Source: the human T2T-CHM13v2.0 reference genome, Homo sapiens. Taken from it: a stretch of 64,000 nt of DNA. The stretch lies in NCBI RefSeq assembly GCF_009914755.1, contig NC_060934.1; one strand, given 5' to 3'. Below, piece by piece: positions 1-13,071 of this stretch. Position 1 is the first letter of the stretch. Every line of letters starts with the position of its first letter. Made by a program: the position numbers and the translations under genes. The notes beneath the pieces were generated by a model. The model did not search any database. It was not told the DNA's origin and was given only the letters and a program-made list of their open reading frames with translations.

Positions 1-196
1 ATATCTTCGTATAAAAACTACACAGAATCATTCTCAACAACTACTTTGTGATGTGTGCGTTCAACTCACAGAGTTTAACCTTTCTTTTCATAGAGCAGTT
101 TGGAAACACTCTGTTTGTAAAGCCTGCAAGTGCTTTTTTGGACTTCATTGAGGTCTTCGTTGGAAACGGGATTTCTTCATATAATGCTAGACAGAA

Positions 197-1554
197 GAAT
201 TCTCAGTCACTTCTTTGTGTTGTTTGTATTGAAGTCACAGAGGTGAACCTTCCTTTAGACAGAGCAGTTTTGAAAAATACTTTCTGTGGAATTTGCAAGT
301 GGAGATTTCAAGCGATTTGAGGCTAATCTTTGAAATGGAAATATCTTCGTATAAAAACTACACAGAATCATTCTCAACAACTACTTTGTGATGTGTGCGT
401 TCAACTCACAAAGTTTAACCTTTCTTTTCATAGAGAAGTTTGGAAACACTCTGTTTGTAAAGCCTGCAAGTGCTTTTTTGGACTTCATTGAGGCCTTCGT
501 TGGAAACGGGATTTCTTCATATAATGCTAGACAGAAGAATTCTCAGTAAATCCTTTGTGTTGTGTGTATTCAACTCACAGAGTGGAACCTTCCTTTATTC
601 AGAGCAGTTTTGAAACACTCTTTTTGTGGAATTTGCAAGTGGAGATTTCAAGCGATTTGACGCCAATCTTAGACATGGAAATATCTTCATATTAAAAGTA
701 CACAGAGTCATTCGTAGAAACTAGTTTGTGATGTGTGCCTTCAAATCACGGAGTTTAACCTTTCTTTTCATAGAGCAGTTCGGAAACACTCTATTTCTAA
801 AGTCTGCAAGTGGATATTTTGACCTCTTTGAGGCCTTCTTTGGAAACGGGATTTCTTCATATAACGCTAGACAGAAGAATTCTCAGTAACTTCTTTGTGT
901 TGTGTGTATTCAACTCACAGAGTTGAACCTTTCTTGAGAGAGAGCAGAGTTGAAACACTCTTTTTGTGGAATTTGCTAGTGCAGATTTCAAACGCTTCGA
1001 AGACAGTGATAGAAAAGGATATATCTTCGTATTAAAACTAGACAAAATCCTTCTCAGAAAACACTTTGTGATGTGTGTGTTCAACTCACAGAGTTTAACC
1101 TTTCTTTAATCGAGCAGTTTGGAAATACACTCTTTGTAAGTCTGCAGGTGGATAATTGGCCCTCTTTGAGCCCTTCGTTGGAAACGGGATTTCCTCATAT
1201 AATGCTAGACAGAAGAATTCTCAGTAACTTCTTTGTGTTGTTTGTATTCAACTCACAGATTTGAACCTTCCTTTAGAGAGAGCAGTTTTGAAACACTCTG
1301 TTTTTGGAATTTGCAAGTGCAGATTTCAAGCGCTTCTGGGCCTATGGCAGAAAAGGAAATATCTTCGTATAAAAACTACACAGAATCATTCTCAACAACT
1401 ACTTTGTGATGTGTGCGTTCAACTCACAGAGTTTAACCTTTCTTTTCATAGAGCAGTTTGGAAACACTCTGTTTGTAAAGCCTGCAAGTGCTTTTTTGGA
1501 CTTCATTGAGGCCTTCGTTGGAAACGGGATTTCTTCATATAATGCTAGACAGAA
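197..1554 (+). repeat. 8-mer HOR variant (1358 bp), A/C1 junction type 1
   Basis: The A first monomer (GGCTAATCTTTGAAATGG) runs directly into the C1 second monomer (CGTATAAAAACT..CAACAACTACT) at ~335-350. Confidence 0.9.
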
Positions 1555-3591
1555 GAATTCTCAGTCACTTCTTTGTGTTGTTTGTATTGAAGTCACAGAG
1601 TTGAACCTTCCTTTAGACAGAGCAGTTTTGAAAAATTCTTTCTGTGGAATTTGCAAGTGGAGATTTCAAGCGATTTGAGGCTAATCTTTGAAATGGAAAT
1701 ATCTTCGTGTAAAAACTACACAGAATCATTCTCAGAAACTGCTTTGTCATCTCTGCGTTCAGTTCACAGAGTTTCACCTTTCTCTTCATAGAGCAGTTTG
1801 GAAAGACTCTGTCTGTAAAGTCTGCAAGTGATTAGTTAGACCCCATTGAGGCCATCGTTGGAAGCGGGAGTTCTCATTTACTGCTAGACAGAAGAATTCT
1901 CAGTAAATCCTTTGTGTTGTGGGTACTCATCTCACAGAGTTGAACCTTCCTTTATTCAGAGCAGTTTTGAAAAACACTTTTTGTGGAATTTGCAAGTGGA
2001 GATTTCATGCGATTTGACGCCAATCTTAGACATGGAAATATCTTCATATTAAAAGTACACAGAGTCATTCGTAGAAACTAGTTTGTGATGTGTGCCTTCA
2101 ACTCACAGAGTTTGACCTTTCTTTTCATAGAGCAGTTTGGAAACACTCTATTTGTAAAGTCTGCAGGTGGATATTTGGACCTCTTTGAGGCCTTCGTTCG
2201 AAAAGGGATTTCTTCATACAACGCTAGACAGAAGAATTCTCAGTAACTTCTTTGTGTTGTGTGTATTCAACTCACAGAGTTGAACCTTTCTTTAGAGAGA
2301 GCAGAGTTGAAAAACTGTGTTTTTGGAATTTGCAAGTGCAGATTTCAAGCGATTCTAGGCCTATGGCAGAAAAGGAAATATCTTCGTATAAAAACTACAC
2401 AGAATCATTCTCAACAACTACTTTGTGATGTGTGCGTTCAACTCACAAAGTTTAACCTTTCTTTTCATAGAGAAGTTTGGAAACACTCTGTTTGTAAAGC
2501 CTGCAAGTGCTTTTTTGGACTTCATTGAGGCCTTCGTTGGAAACGGGATTTCTTCATATAATGCTAGACAGAAGAATTCTCAGTAAATCCTTTGTGTTGT
2601 GTGTATTCAACTCACAGAGTGGAACCTTCCTTTATTCAGAGCAGTTTTGAAACACTCTTTTTGTGGAATTTGCAAGTGGAGATTTCAAGCGATTTGACGC
2701 CAATCTTAGACATGGAAATATCTTCATATTAAAAGTACACAGAGTCATTCGTAGAAACTAGTTTGTGATGTGTGCCTTCAACTCACAGAGTTTAACCTTT
2801 CTTTTCATAGAGCAGTTCGGAAACACTCTATTTGTAAAGTCTGCAAGTGGATATTTGGACCTCTTTGAGGCCTTCGTTGGAAACGGGATTTCTTCATATA
2901 ACGCTTGACAGAAGAATTCTCAGTAACTTCTTTGTGTTGTGTGTATTCAACTCACAGAGTTGAACCTTTCTTGAGAGATAGCAGAGTTGAAACACTCTTT
3001 TTGTGGAATTTGCTAGTGCAGATTTCAAACGCTTCGAAGACAGTGATAGAAAAGGATATATCTTCGTATTAAAACTAGACAAAATCATTCTCAGAAAACA
3101 TTTTGTGATGTGTGTGTTCAACTCACAGAGTTTAACCTTTCTTTAATCGAGCAGTTTGGAAATACACTCTTTGTAAGTCTGCAGGTGGATAATTGGCCCT
3201 CTTTGAGCCCTTCGTTGGAAACGGGATTTCCTCATATAATGCTAGACAGAAGAATTCTCAGTAACTTGTTTGTGTTGTTTGTATTCAACTCACAGATTTG
3301 AACCTTCCTTTAGAGAGAGCAGATTTGAAACACTCTGTTTTTGGAATTTGCAAGTGCAGATTTCAAGCGCTTCTAGGCCTATGGCAGAAAAGGAAATATC
3401 TTCGTATAAAAACTACACAGAATCATTCTCAACAACTACTTTGTGATGTGTGCGTTCAACTCACAGAGTTTAACCTTTCTTTTCATAGAGCAGTTTGGAA
3501 ACACTCTGTTTGTAAAGCCTGCAAGTGCTTTTTTGGACTTCATTGAGGCCTTTGTTGGAAACGGGATTTCTTCATATAACGCTAGACAGAA
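1555..3591 (+). repeat. Representative 12-monomer HOR unit, 2037 bp (A-B1-C1-B2-D-C2)
   Basis: A dimers (GAATTCTCAGTCACTT) start at 1555 and 3592. Diagnostic motifs: A GAGGCTAATCTTTGAAATGG and GATTAGTTAGACCCC; B GACGCCAATCTTAGACATGG; C CTAGGCCTATGGCAG and CAACAACTACT; D TGCTAGTGCAGATTTCAAACGCTTCGAAGAC. The ORF track also repeats at 2036-2037 bp (e.g. 11720, 13757, 15793, 17829). Confidence 0.95.
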
Positions 3592-4949
3592 GAATTCTCA
3601 GTCACTTCTTTGTGTTGTGTGTATTCAAGTCACAGAGTTGAACCTTCCTTTAGACAGAGTAGTTTTGAAAAATTCTTTCTGTGGAATTTGCAAGTGGAGA
3701 TTTCAGGCGATTTGAGGCTAATCTTTGAAATGGAAATGTCTTCGTGTAAAAACTACACAGAATCATTCTCAGAAACTGCTTTGTCATCTGTGCGTTCAGT
3801 TCACAGAGTTTCACCTTTCTCTTCATAGAGCAGTTTGGAAAGACTCTGTCTGTAAAGCCTGCAAGTGCTTTTTTGGACTTCATTGAGGCCTTCGTTGGAA
3901 ACGGGATTTCTTCATATAATGCTAGACAGAAGAATTCTCAGTAAATCCTATGTGTTGTGTGTATTCAACTCACAGAGTGGAACCTTCCTTTATTCAGAGC
4001 AGTTTTGAAAGACACTTTTTGTGGAATTTGCAAGTGCAGATTTCAAGCGATTTGACGCCAATCTTAGACATGGAAATATCTTCATATTAAAAGTACACAG
4101 AGTCATTCGTAGAAACTAGTTTGTGATGTGTGCCTTCAACTCACAGAATTTAACCTTTCTTTTCATAGAGCAGTTCGGAAACACTCTATTTGTAAAGTCT
4201 GCAAGTGGATATTTGGACCTCTTTGAGGCCTTCGTTGGAAACGGGATTTCTTCATATAACGCTAGACAGAAGAATTCTCAGTAACTTCTTTGTGTTGTGT
4301 GTATTCAACTCACAGAGTTGAACCCTTCTTTAGAGAGAGCAGAGTTGAAACACTCTTTTTGTGGAATTTGCTAGTGCAGATTTCAAACGCTTCGAAGACA
4401 GTGATAGAAAAGGATATATCTTCGTATTAAAACTAGACAAAATCATTCTCAGAAAACACTTTGTGATGTGTGTGTTCAACTCACAGAGTTTAACCTTTCT
4501 TTAATCGAGCAGTTTGGAAATACACTCTTTGTAAGTCTGCAGGTGGATTATTGGCCCTCTTTGAGCCCTTCGTTGGAAACGGGATTTCCTCATATAATGC
4601 TAGACAGAAGAATTCTCAGTAACTTCTTTGTGTTGTTTGTATTCAACTCACAGATTTGAACCTTCCTTTAGAGAGAGCAGATTTGAAACACTCTGTTTTT
4701 GGAATTTGCAAGTGCAGATTTCAAGCGCTTCTAGGCCTATGGCAGAAAAGGAAATATCTTCATATAAAAACTACACAGAATCATTCTCAACAACTACTTT
4801 GTGATGTGTGCGTTCAACTCACAGAGTTTAACCTTTCTTTTCATAGAGCAGTTTGGAAACACTCTGTTTGTAAAGCCTGCAAGTGCTTTTTTGGACTTCA
4901 TTGAGGCCTTCGTTGGAAACGGGATTTCTTCATATAATGCTAGACAGAA
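3592..4949 (+). repeat. 8-mer HOR variant (1358 bp), junction type 2
   Basis: The A second monomer (AGACTCTGTCTGTAAAG) switches to C sequence (CCTGCAAGTGCTTTTTTGG) at ~3851-3858. Confidence 0.9.
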
Positions 4950-7900
4950 GAATTCTCAGTCACTTCTTTGTGTTGTGTGTATTCAAGTCACAGAGTTGAA
5001 CCTTCCTTTAGACAGAGCAGTTGTGAAAAATTCTTTCTGTGGAATTTGCAAGTGGAGATTTCAAGCGATTTGAGGCTAATCTGTGAAATGGAAATATCTT
5101 CATGTAAAAACTACACAGAATCATTCTCAGAAACTGCTTTGTCATCTCTGCGTTCAGTTCACAGAGTTTCACCTTTCTCTTCATAGAGCAGTTTGGAAAG
5201 ACTCTGTCTGTAAAGTCTGCAAGTGATTAGTTAGACCCCTTTGAGGCCATCGTTGGAAGCGGGAGTTCTCATTTACTGCTAGACAGAAGAATTCTCAGTA
5301 AATCCTTTGTGTTGTGTGTATTCAACTCACAGAGTTGAACCTTCCTTTATTCAGAGCAGTTTTGAAAAACACTTTTTGTGGAATTTGCAAGTGGAGATTT
5401 CAAGCGATTTGACGCCAATCTTAGACATGGAAATATCTTCATATTAAAAGTACACAGAGTCATTCGTAGAAACTAGTTTGTGATGTGTGCCTTCAACGCA
5501 CAGAGTTTGACCTTTCTTTTCATAGAGCAGTTTGGAAACACTCTATTTGTAAAGTCTGCAAGTGGATATTTGGACCTCTTTGAGGCCTTCGTTCGAAAAG
5601 GGATTTCTTCATACAACGCTAGACAGAAGAATTCTCAGTAACTTCTTTGTGTTGTGTGTATTCAACTCACAGAGTTGAACCTTTCTTTAGAGAGAGCAGA
5701 GTTGAAACACTCTGTTTTTGGAATTTGCAAGTGCAGATTTCAAGCGATTCTAGGCCTATGGCAGAAAAGGAAATATCTTCGTATAAAAACTACACAGAAT
5801 CATTCTCAACAACTACTTTGTGATGTGTGCGTTCAACTCACAAAGTTTAACCTTTCTTTTCATAGAGCAGTTTGGAAACACTCTGTTTGTAAAGCCTGCA
5901 AGTGCTTTTTTGGACTTCATTGAGGCCTTCGTTGGAAAGGGGATTTCTTCATATAATGCTAGACAGAAGAATTCTCAGTAAATCCTTTGTGTTGTGTGTA
6001 TTCAACTCACAGAGTGGAACCTTCCTTTATTCAGAGCAGTTTTGAAACACTCTTTTTGTGGAATTTGCAAGTGGAGATTTCAAGCGATTTGACGCCAATC
6101 TTAGACATGGAAATATCTTCATATTAAAAGTACACAGAGTCATTCGTAGAAACTAGTTTGTGATGTGTGCCTTCAAATCACAGAGTTTAACCTTTCTTTT
6201 CATAGAGCAGTTCGGAAACACTCTATTTGTAAAGTCTGCAAGTGGATATTTGGACCTCTTTGAGGCCTTCGTTGGAAACGGGATTTCTTCATATAACGCT
6301 TGACAGAAGAATTCTCAGTAACTTCTTTGTGTTGTGTGTATTCAACTCACAGAGTTGAACCTTTCTTGAGAGAGAGCAGAGTTGAAACACTCTTTTTGTG
6401 GAATTTGCTAGTGCAGATTTCAAACGCTTCGAAGACAGTGATAGAAAAGGATATATCTTCGTATTAAAACTAGACAAAATCATTCTCAGAAAACACTTTG
6501 TGATGTGTGTGTTCAACTCACAGAGTTTAACCTTTCTTTAATCGAGCAGTTTGGAAATACACCCTTTGTAAGTCTGCAGGTGGATAATTGGCCCTCTTTG
6601 AGCTCTTCGTTGGAAACGGGTTTTCCTCATATAATGCTAGACAGAAGAATTCTCAGTAACTTCTTTGTGTTGTTTGTATTCAACTCACAGATTTGAACCT
6701 TCCTTTAGAGAGAGCAGATTTGAAACACTCTGTTTTTGGAATTTCCAAGTGCAGATTTCAAGCGCTTCTAGGCCTATGGCAGAAAAGGAAATATATTCGT
6801 ATAAAAACTACACAGAATCATTCTCAACAACTACTTTGTGATGTGTGCGTTCAACTCACAGAGTTTAACCTTTCTTTTCATAGAGCAGTTTGGAAACACT
6901 CTGTTTGTAAAGCCTGCAAGTGCTTTTTTGGACTTCATTGAGGCCTTCGTTGGAAACGGGATTTCTTCATATAATGCTAGACAGAAGAATTCTCAGTCAC
7001 TTCTTTGTGTTGTGTGTATTCAAGTCACAGAGTTGAACCTTCCTTTAGACAGAGCAGTTTTGAAAAATTCTTTCTGTGGAATTTGCAAGTGGAGATTTCA
7101 AGCGATTGGAGGCTAATCTTTGAAATGGAAATATCTTCGTGTAAAAACTACACAGAATCATTCTCAGAAACTGCTTTGTTATCTGTGCGTTCAGTTCACA
7201 GAGTTTCACCTTTCTCTTCATAGAGCAGTTTGGAAAGACTCTGTCTGTAAAGTCTGCAAGTGATTAGTTAGACCCCTTTGAGGCCTTCGTTGGAAGCGGG
7301 ATTTCTCATTTACTACTAGACAGAAGAATTCTCAGTAAATCCTTTGTGTTGTGTGTATTCAACTCACAGAGTGGAACCATCCTTTATTCAGAGCAGTTTT
7401 GAAAAACACTTTTTGTGGAATTTGCAAGCGGAGATTTCAAGCGATTTGACGCCAATCTTAGACATGGAAATATCTTCATATTAAAAGTACACAGAGTCAT
7501 TCGTAGAAACTAGTTTGTGATGTGTGCCTTCAACTCACAGAGTTTGACCTTTCTTTTCATAGAGCAGTTTGGAAACACTCTATTTGTAAAGTCTGCAAGT
7601 GGATATTTGGACCTATTTGAGGCCATCGTTCGAAAAGGGATTTCTTCATACAACGCTAGACAGAAGAATTCTCAGTAACTTCTTTGTGTTGTGTGTATTC
7701 AACTCACAGAGTTGAACCTTTCTTTAGAGAGAGCAGAGTTGAAACACTCTGTTTTTGGAATTTGCAAGTGCAGATTTCAAGCGATTCTAAGCCTATGGCA
7801 GAAAAGGAAATATCTTCGTATAAAAACTACACAGAATCATTCTCAACAACTACTTTGTGATGTGTGCGTTCAACTCACAAAGTTTAACCTTTCTTTTCAT

Positions 7901-9022
7901 AGAGAAGTTTGGAAACACTCTGTTTGTAAAGCCTGCAAGTGCTTTTTTGGACTTCATTGAGGCCTTCGTTGGAAACGGGATTTCTTCATATAATGCTAGA
8001 CAGAAGAATTCTCAGTAAATCCTTTGTGTTGTGTGTATTCAACTCACAGAGTGGAACCTTCCTTTATTCAGAGCAGTTTTGAAACACTCTTTTAGTGGAA
8101 TTTGCAAGTGGAGATTTCAAGAGATTTGACGCCAATCTTAGACATGGAAATATCTTCATATTAAAAGTACACAGAGTCATTCGCAGAAACTAGTTTGTGA
8201 TGTGTGCCTTCAACTCACAGAGTTTAACCTTTCTTTTCATAGAGCAGTTCGGAAACACTCTATTTGTAAAGTCTGCAAGTGGATATTTGGACCTCTTTGA
8301 GGCCTTCGTTAGAAACGGGATTTCTTCATATAACGCTAGACAGAAGAATTCTCAGTAACTTCTTTGTGTTGTGTGTATTCAACTCACAGAGTTGAACCTT
8401 TCTTTAGAGAGAGCAGAGTTGAAACACTCTTTTTGTGGAATTTGCTAGTGCAGATTTCAAACGCTACGAAGACAGTGATAGAAAAGGATATATCTTCGTA
8501 TTAAAACTAGACAAAATCATTCTCAGAAAACACTTTGTGATGTGTGTGTTCAACTCACAGAGTTTAACCTTTCTTTAATCGAGCAGTTTGGAAATACACT
8601 CTTTGTAAGTCTGCAGGTGGATAATTGGCCCTCTTGGAGCCCTCGTTGGAAACGGGATTTCCTCATATAATGCTAGACAGAAGAATTCTCAGTAACTTCT
8701 TTGTGTTGTTTGTATTCAACTCACAGAGTTGAACCTTTCTTTAGAGAGAGCAGAGTTGAAACACTCTGTTTTTGGAATTTGCAAGTGCAGATTTCAAGCG
8801 CTTCTAAGCCTATGGCAGAAAAGGAAATATCTTCGTATAAAAACTACACAGAATCATTCTCAACAACTACTTTGTGATGTGTGCGTTCAACTCACAAAGT
8901 TTAACCTTTCTTTTCATAGAGCAGTTTGGAAACACTCTGTTTGTAAAGCCTGCAAGTGCTTTTTTGGACTTCATTGAGGCCTTCGTTGGAAACGGGATTT
9001 CTTCATATAATGCTAGACAGAA

Positions 9023-10380
9023 GAATTCTCAGTCACTTCTTTGTGTTGTTTGTATTGAAGTCACAGAGTTGAACCTTCCTTTAGACAGAGCAGTTTTGAA
9101 AAATTCTTTCTGTGGAATTTGCAAGTGGAGATTTCAAGCGATTTGTGGCTAATCTTTGAAATGGAAATATCTTCGTATAAAAACTACACAGAATCATTCT
9201 CAACAACTACTTTGTGATGTGTGCGTTCAACTCACAAAGTTTAACCTTTCTTTTCATAGAGAAGTATGGAAACACTCTGTTTGTAAAGCCTGCAAGTGCT
9301 TTTTTGGACTTCATTGAGGCCTTCGTTGGAAACGGGATTTCTTCATATAATGCTAGACAGAAGAATTCTCAGTAAATCCTTTGTGTTGTGTGTATTCAAC
9401 TCACAGAGTGGAACCTTCCTTTATTCAGAGCAGTTTTGAAACACTCTTTTTGTGGAATTTGCAAGTGGAGATTTCAAGCGATTTGACGCCAATCTTAGAC
9501 ATGGAAATATCTTCATATTAAAAGTACACAGAGTCATTAGTAGAAACTAGTTTGTGATGTGTGCCTTCAACTCACAGAGTTTGACCTTTCTTTTCATAGA
9601 GCAGTTCGGAAACACTCTATTTGTAAAGTCTGCAAGTGGATATTTGGACCTCTTTGAGGCCTTCGTTGGAAACGGGATTTCTTCATATAACGCTAGACAG
9701 AAGAATTCTCAGTAACTTCTTTGTGTTGTGTGTATTCAACTCACAGAGTTGAACCCTTCTTTAGAGAGAGCAGAGTTGAGACACTCTTTTTGTGGAATTT
9801 GCTAGTGCAGATTTCAAACGCTTCGAAGACAGTGATAGAAAAGGATATATCTTCGTATTAAAACTAGACAAAATCATTCTCAGAAAACACTTTGTGATGT
9901 GTGTGTTCAACTCACAGAGTTTAACCTTTCTTTAATCGAGCAGTTTGGAAATACACTCTTTGTAAGTCTGCAGGTGGATTATTGGCCCTCTTTGAGCCCT
10001 TCGTTGGAAACGGGATTTCCTCATATAATGCTAGACAGAAGAATTCTCAGTAACTTCTTTGTTTTGTTTGTATTCAACTCACAGATTTGAACCTTCCTTT
10101 AGAGAGAGCAGATTTGAAACACTCTGTTTTTGGAATTTGCAAGTGCAGATTTCAAGCGCTTCTAGGCCTATGGCAGAAAAGGAAATATCTTCATATAAAA
10201 ACTACACAGAATCATTCTCAACAACTACTTTGTGATGTGTGCGTTCAACTCACAGAGTTTAACCTTTCTTTTCATAGAGCAGTTTGGAAACACTCTGTTT
10301 GTAAAGCCTGCAAGTGCTTTTTTGGACTTCATTGAGGCCTTCGTTGGAAACGGGATTTCTTCATATAATGTTAGACAGAA
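9023..10380 (+). repeat. 8-mer HOR variant, junction type 1
   Basis: A/C1 hybrid dimer with the GAAGTATGGA marker; the next A is at 10381. Confidence 0.9.
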
Positions 10381-13054
10381 GAATTCTCAGTCACTTCTTT
10401 GTGTTGTGTGTATTCAAGTCACAGAGTTGAACCTTCCTTTAGACAGAGCAGTTTTGAAAAACTCTTTTTGTGGAATTTGCAAGTGGAGATTTCAAGCGAT
10501 TTGAGGCTAATCTTTGAAATGGAAATATCTTCGTGTAAAAACTACACAGAATCATTCTCAGAAACCGCTTTGTCATCTGTGCGTTCAGTTCACAGAGTTT
10601 CACCTTTCTCTTCATAGAGCAGTTTGGAAAGACTCTGTCTGTAAAGTCTGCAAGTGATTAGTTAGACCCCATTGAGGCCATTGTTGGAAGCGGGAGTTCT
10701 CATTTACTGCTAGACAAAAGAATTCTCAGTAAATCCTTTGTGTTGTGTGTATTCAACTCACAGAGTTGAACCTTCCTTTATTCAGAGCAGTTTTGAAAAA
10801 CACTTTTTGTGGAATTTGCAAGTGGAGATTTCATGCGATTTGACGCCAATCTTAGACATGGAAATATCTTCATATTAAAAGTACACAGAGTCATTCGTAG
10901 AAACTAGTTTGTGATGTGTGCCTTCAACTCACAGAGTTTGACCTTTCTTTTCATAGAGCAGTTTGGAAACACTCTATTTGTAAAGTCTGCAGGTGGATAT
11001 TTGGACCTCTTTGAGGCCTTCGTTCGAAAAGGGATTTCTTCATACAACGCTAGACAGAAGAATTCTCAGTAACTTCTTTGTGTTGTGTGTATTCAACTCA
11101 CAGAGTTGAACCTTTCTTTAGAGAGAGCAGAGTTGAAAAACTGTGTTTTTGGAATTTGCAAGTGCAGATTTCAAGCGATTCTAGGCCTATGGCAGAAAAG
11201 GAAATATCTTCGTATAAAAACTACACAGAATCATTCTCAACAACTACTTTGTGATGTGTGCGTTCAACTCACAAAGTTTAACCTTTCTTTTCATAGAGAA
11301 GTTTGGAAACACTCTGTTTGTAAAGCCTGCAAGTGCTTTTTTGGACTTCATTGAGGCCTTCGTTGGAAACGGGATTTCTTCATATAATGCTAGACAGAAG
11401 AATTCTCAGTAAATCCTTTGTGTTGTGTGTATTCAACTCACAGAGTGGAACCTTCCTTTATTCAGAGCAGTTTTGAAACACTCTTTTTGTGGAATTTGCA
11501 AGTGGAGATTTCAAGCGATTTGACGCCAATCTTAGACATGGAAATATCTTCATATTAAAAGTACACAGAGTCATTCGTAGAAACTAGTTTGTGATGTGTG
11601 CCTTCAAATCACGGAGTTTAACCTTTCTTTTCATAGAGCAGTTCGGAAACACTCTATTTCTAAAGTCTGCAAGTGGATATTTTGACCTCTTTGAGGCCTT
11701 CTTTGGAAACGGGATTTCTTCATATAACGCTAGACAGAAGAATTCTCAGTAACTTCTTTGTGTTGTGTGTATTCAACTCACAGAGTTGAACCTTTCTTGA
11801 GAGAGAGCAGAGTTGAAACACTCTTTTTGTGGAATTTGCTAGTGCAGATTTCAAACGCTTCGAAGACAGTGATAGAAAAGGATATATCTTCGTATTAAAA
11901 CTAGACAAAATCCTTCTCAGAAAACACTTTGTGATGTGTGTGTTCAACTCACAGAGTTTAACCTTTCTTTAATCGAGCAGTTTGGAAATACACTCTTTGT
12001 AAGTCTGCAGGTGGATAATTGGCCCTCTTTGAGCCCTTCGTTGGAAACGGGATTTCCTCATATAATGCTAGACAGAAGAATTCTCAGTAACTTCTTTGTG
12101 TTGTTTGTATTCAACTCACAGATTTGAACCTTCCTTTAGAGAGAGCAGTTTTGAAACACTCTGTTTTTGGAATTTGCAAGTGCAGATTTCAAGCGCTTCT
12201 GGGCCTATGGCAGAAAAGGAAATATCTTCGTATAAAAACTACACAGAATCATTCTCAACAACTACTTTGTGATGTGTGCGTTCAACTCACAGAGTTTAAC
12301 CTTTCTTTTCATAGAGCAGTTTGGAAACACTCTGTTTGTAAAGCCTGCAAGTGCTTTTTTGGACTTCATTGAGGCCTTCGTTGGAAACGGGATTTCTTCA
12401 TATAATGCTAGACAGAAGAATTCTCAGTCACTTCTTTGTGTTGTTTGTATTGAAGTCACAGAGTTGAACCTTCCTTTAGACAGAGCAGTTTTGAAAAATT
12501 CTTTCTGTGGAATTTGCAAGTGGAGATTTCAAGCGATTTGAGGCTAATCTTTGAAATGGAAATATCTTCGTGTAAAAACTACACAGAATCATTCTCAGAA
12601 ACTGCTTTGTCATCTGTGCGTTCAGTTCACAGAGTTTCACCTTTCTCTTCATAGAGCAGTTTGGAAAGACTCTGTCTGTAAAGTCTGCAAGTGATTAGTT
12701 AGACCCCATTGAGGCCATTGTTGGAAGCGGGAGTTCTCATTTACTGCTAGACAGAAGAATTCTCAGTAAATCCTTTGTGTTGTGTGTATTCAACTCACAG
12801 AGTTGAACCTTCCTTTATTCAGAGCAGTTTTGAAAAACACTTTTTGTGGAATTTGCAAGTGGAGATTTCAAGCGATTTGATGCCAATCTTAGACATGGAA
12901 ATATCTTCATATTAAAAGTACACAGAGTCATTCGTAGAAACTAGTTTGTGATGTGTGCCTTCAACTCACAGAGTTTGACCTTTCTTTTCATAGAGCAGTT
13001 TGGAAACACTCTATTTGTAAAGTCTGCAAGTGGATATTTGGACCTCTTTGAGGC

Positions 13055-13071
13055 CTTCGTTCGAAAAGGGA
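13055..13071 (+). promoter_or_regulatory. Degenerate CENP-B box (representative of left-domain B1 dimers)
   Basis: CTTCGTTCGAAAAGGGA: the essential CGGG is changed to AGGG. Confidence 0.9.

Noticed and set aside
1261-1509. Cys/His-rich peptide (CKAC KC) resembling a zinc finger or metallothionein
   Set aside because: It reflects TGT/TGC-rich satellite composition; similar database entries are known spurious alphoid translations.
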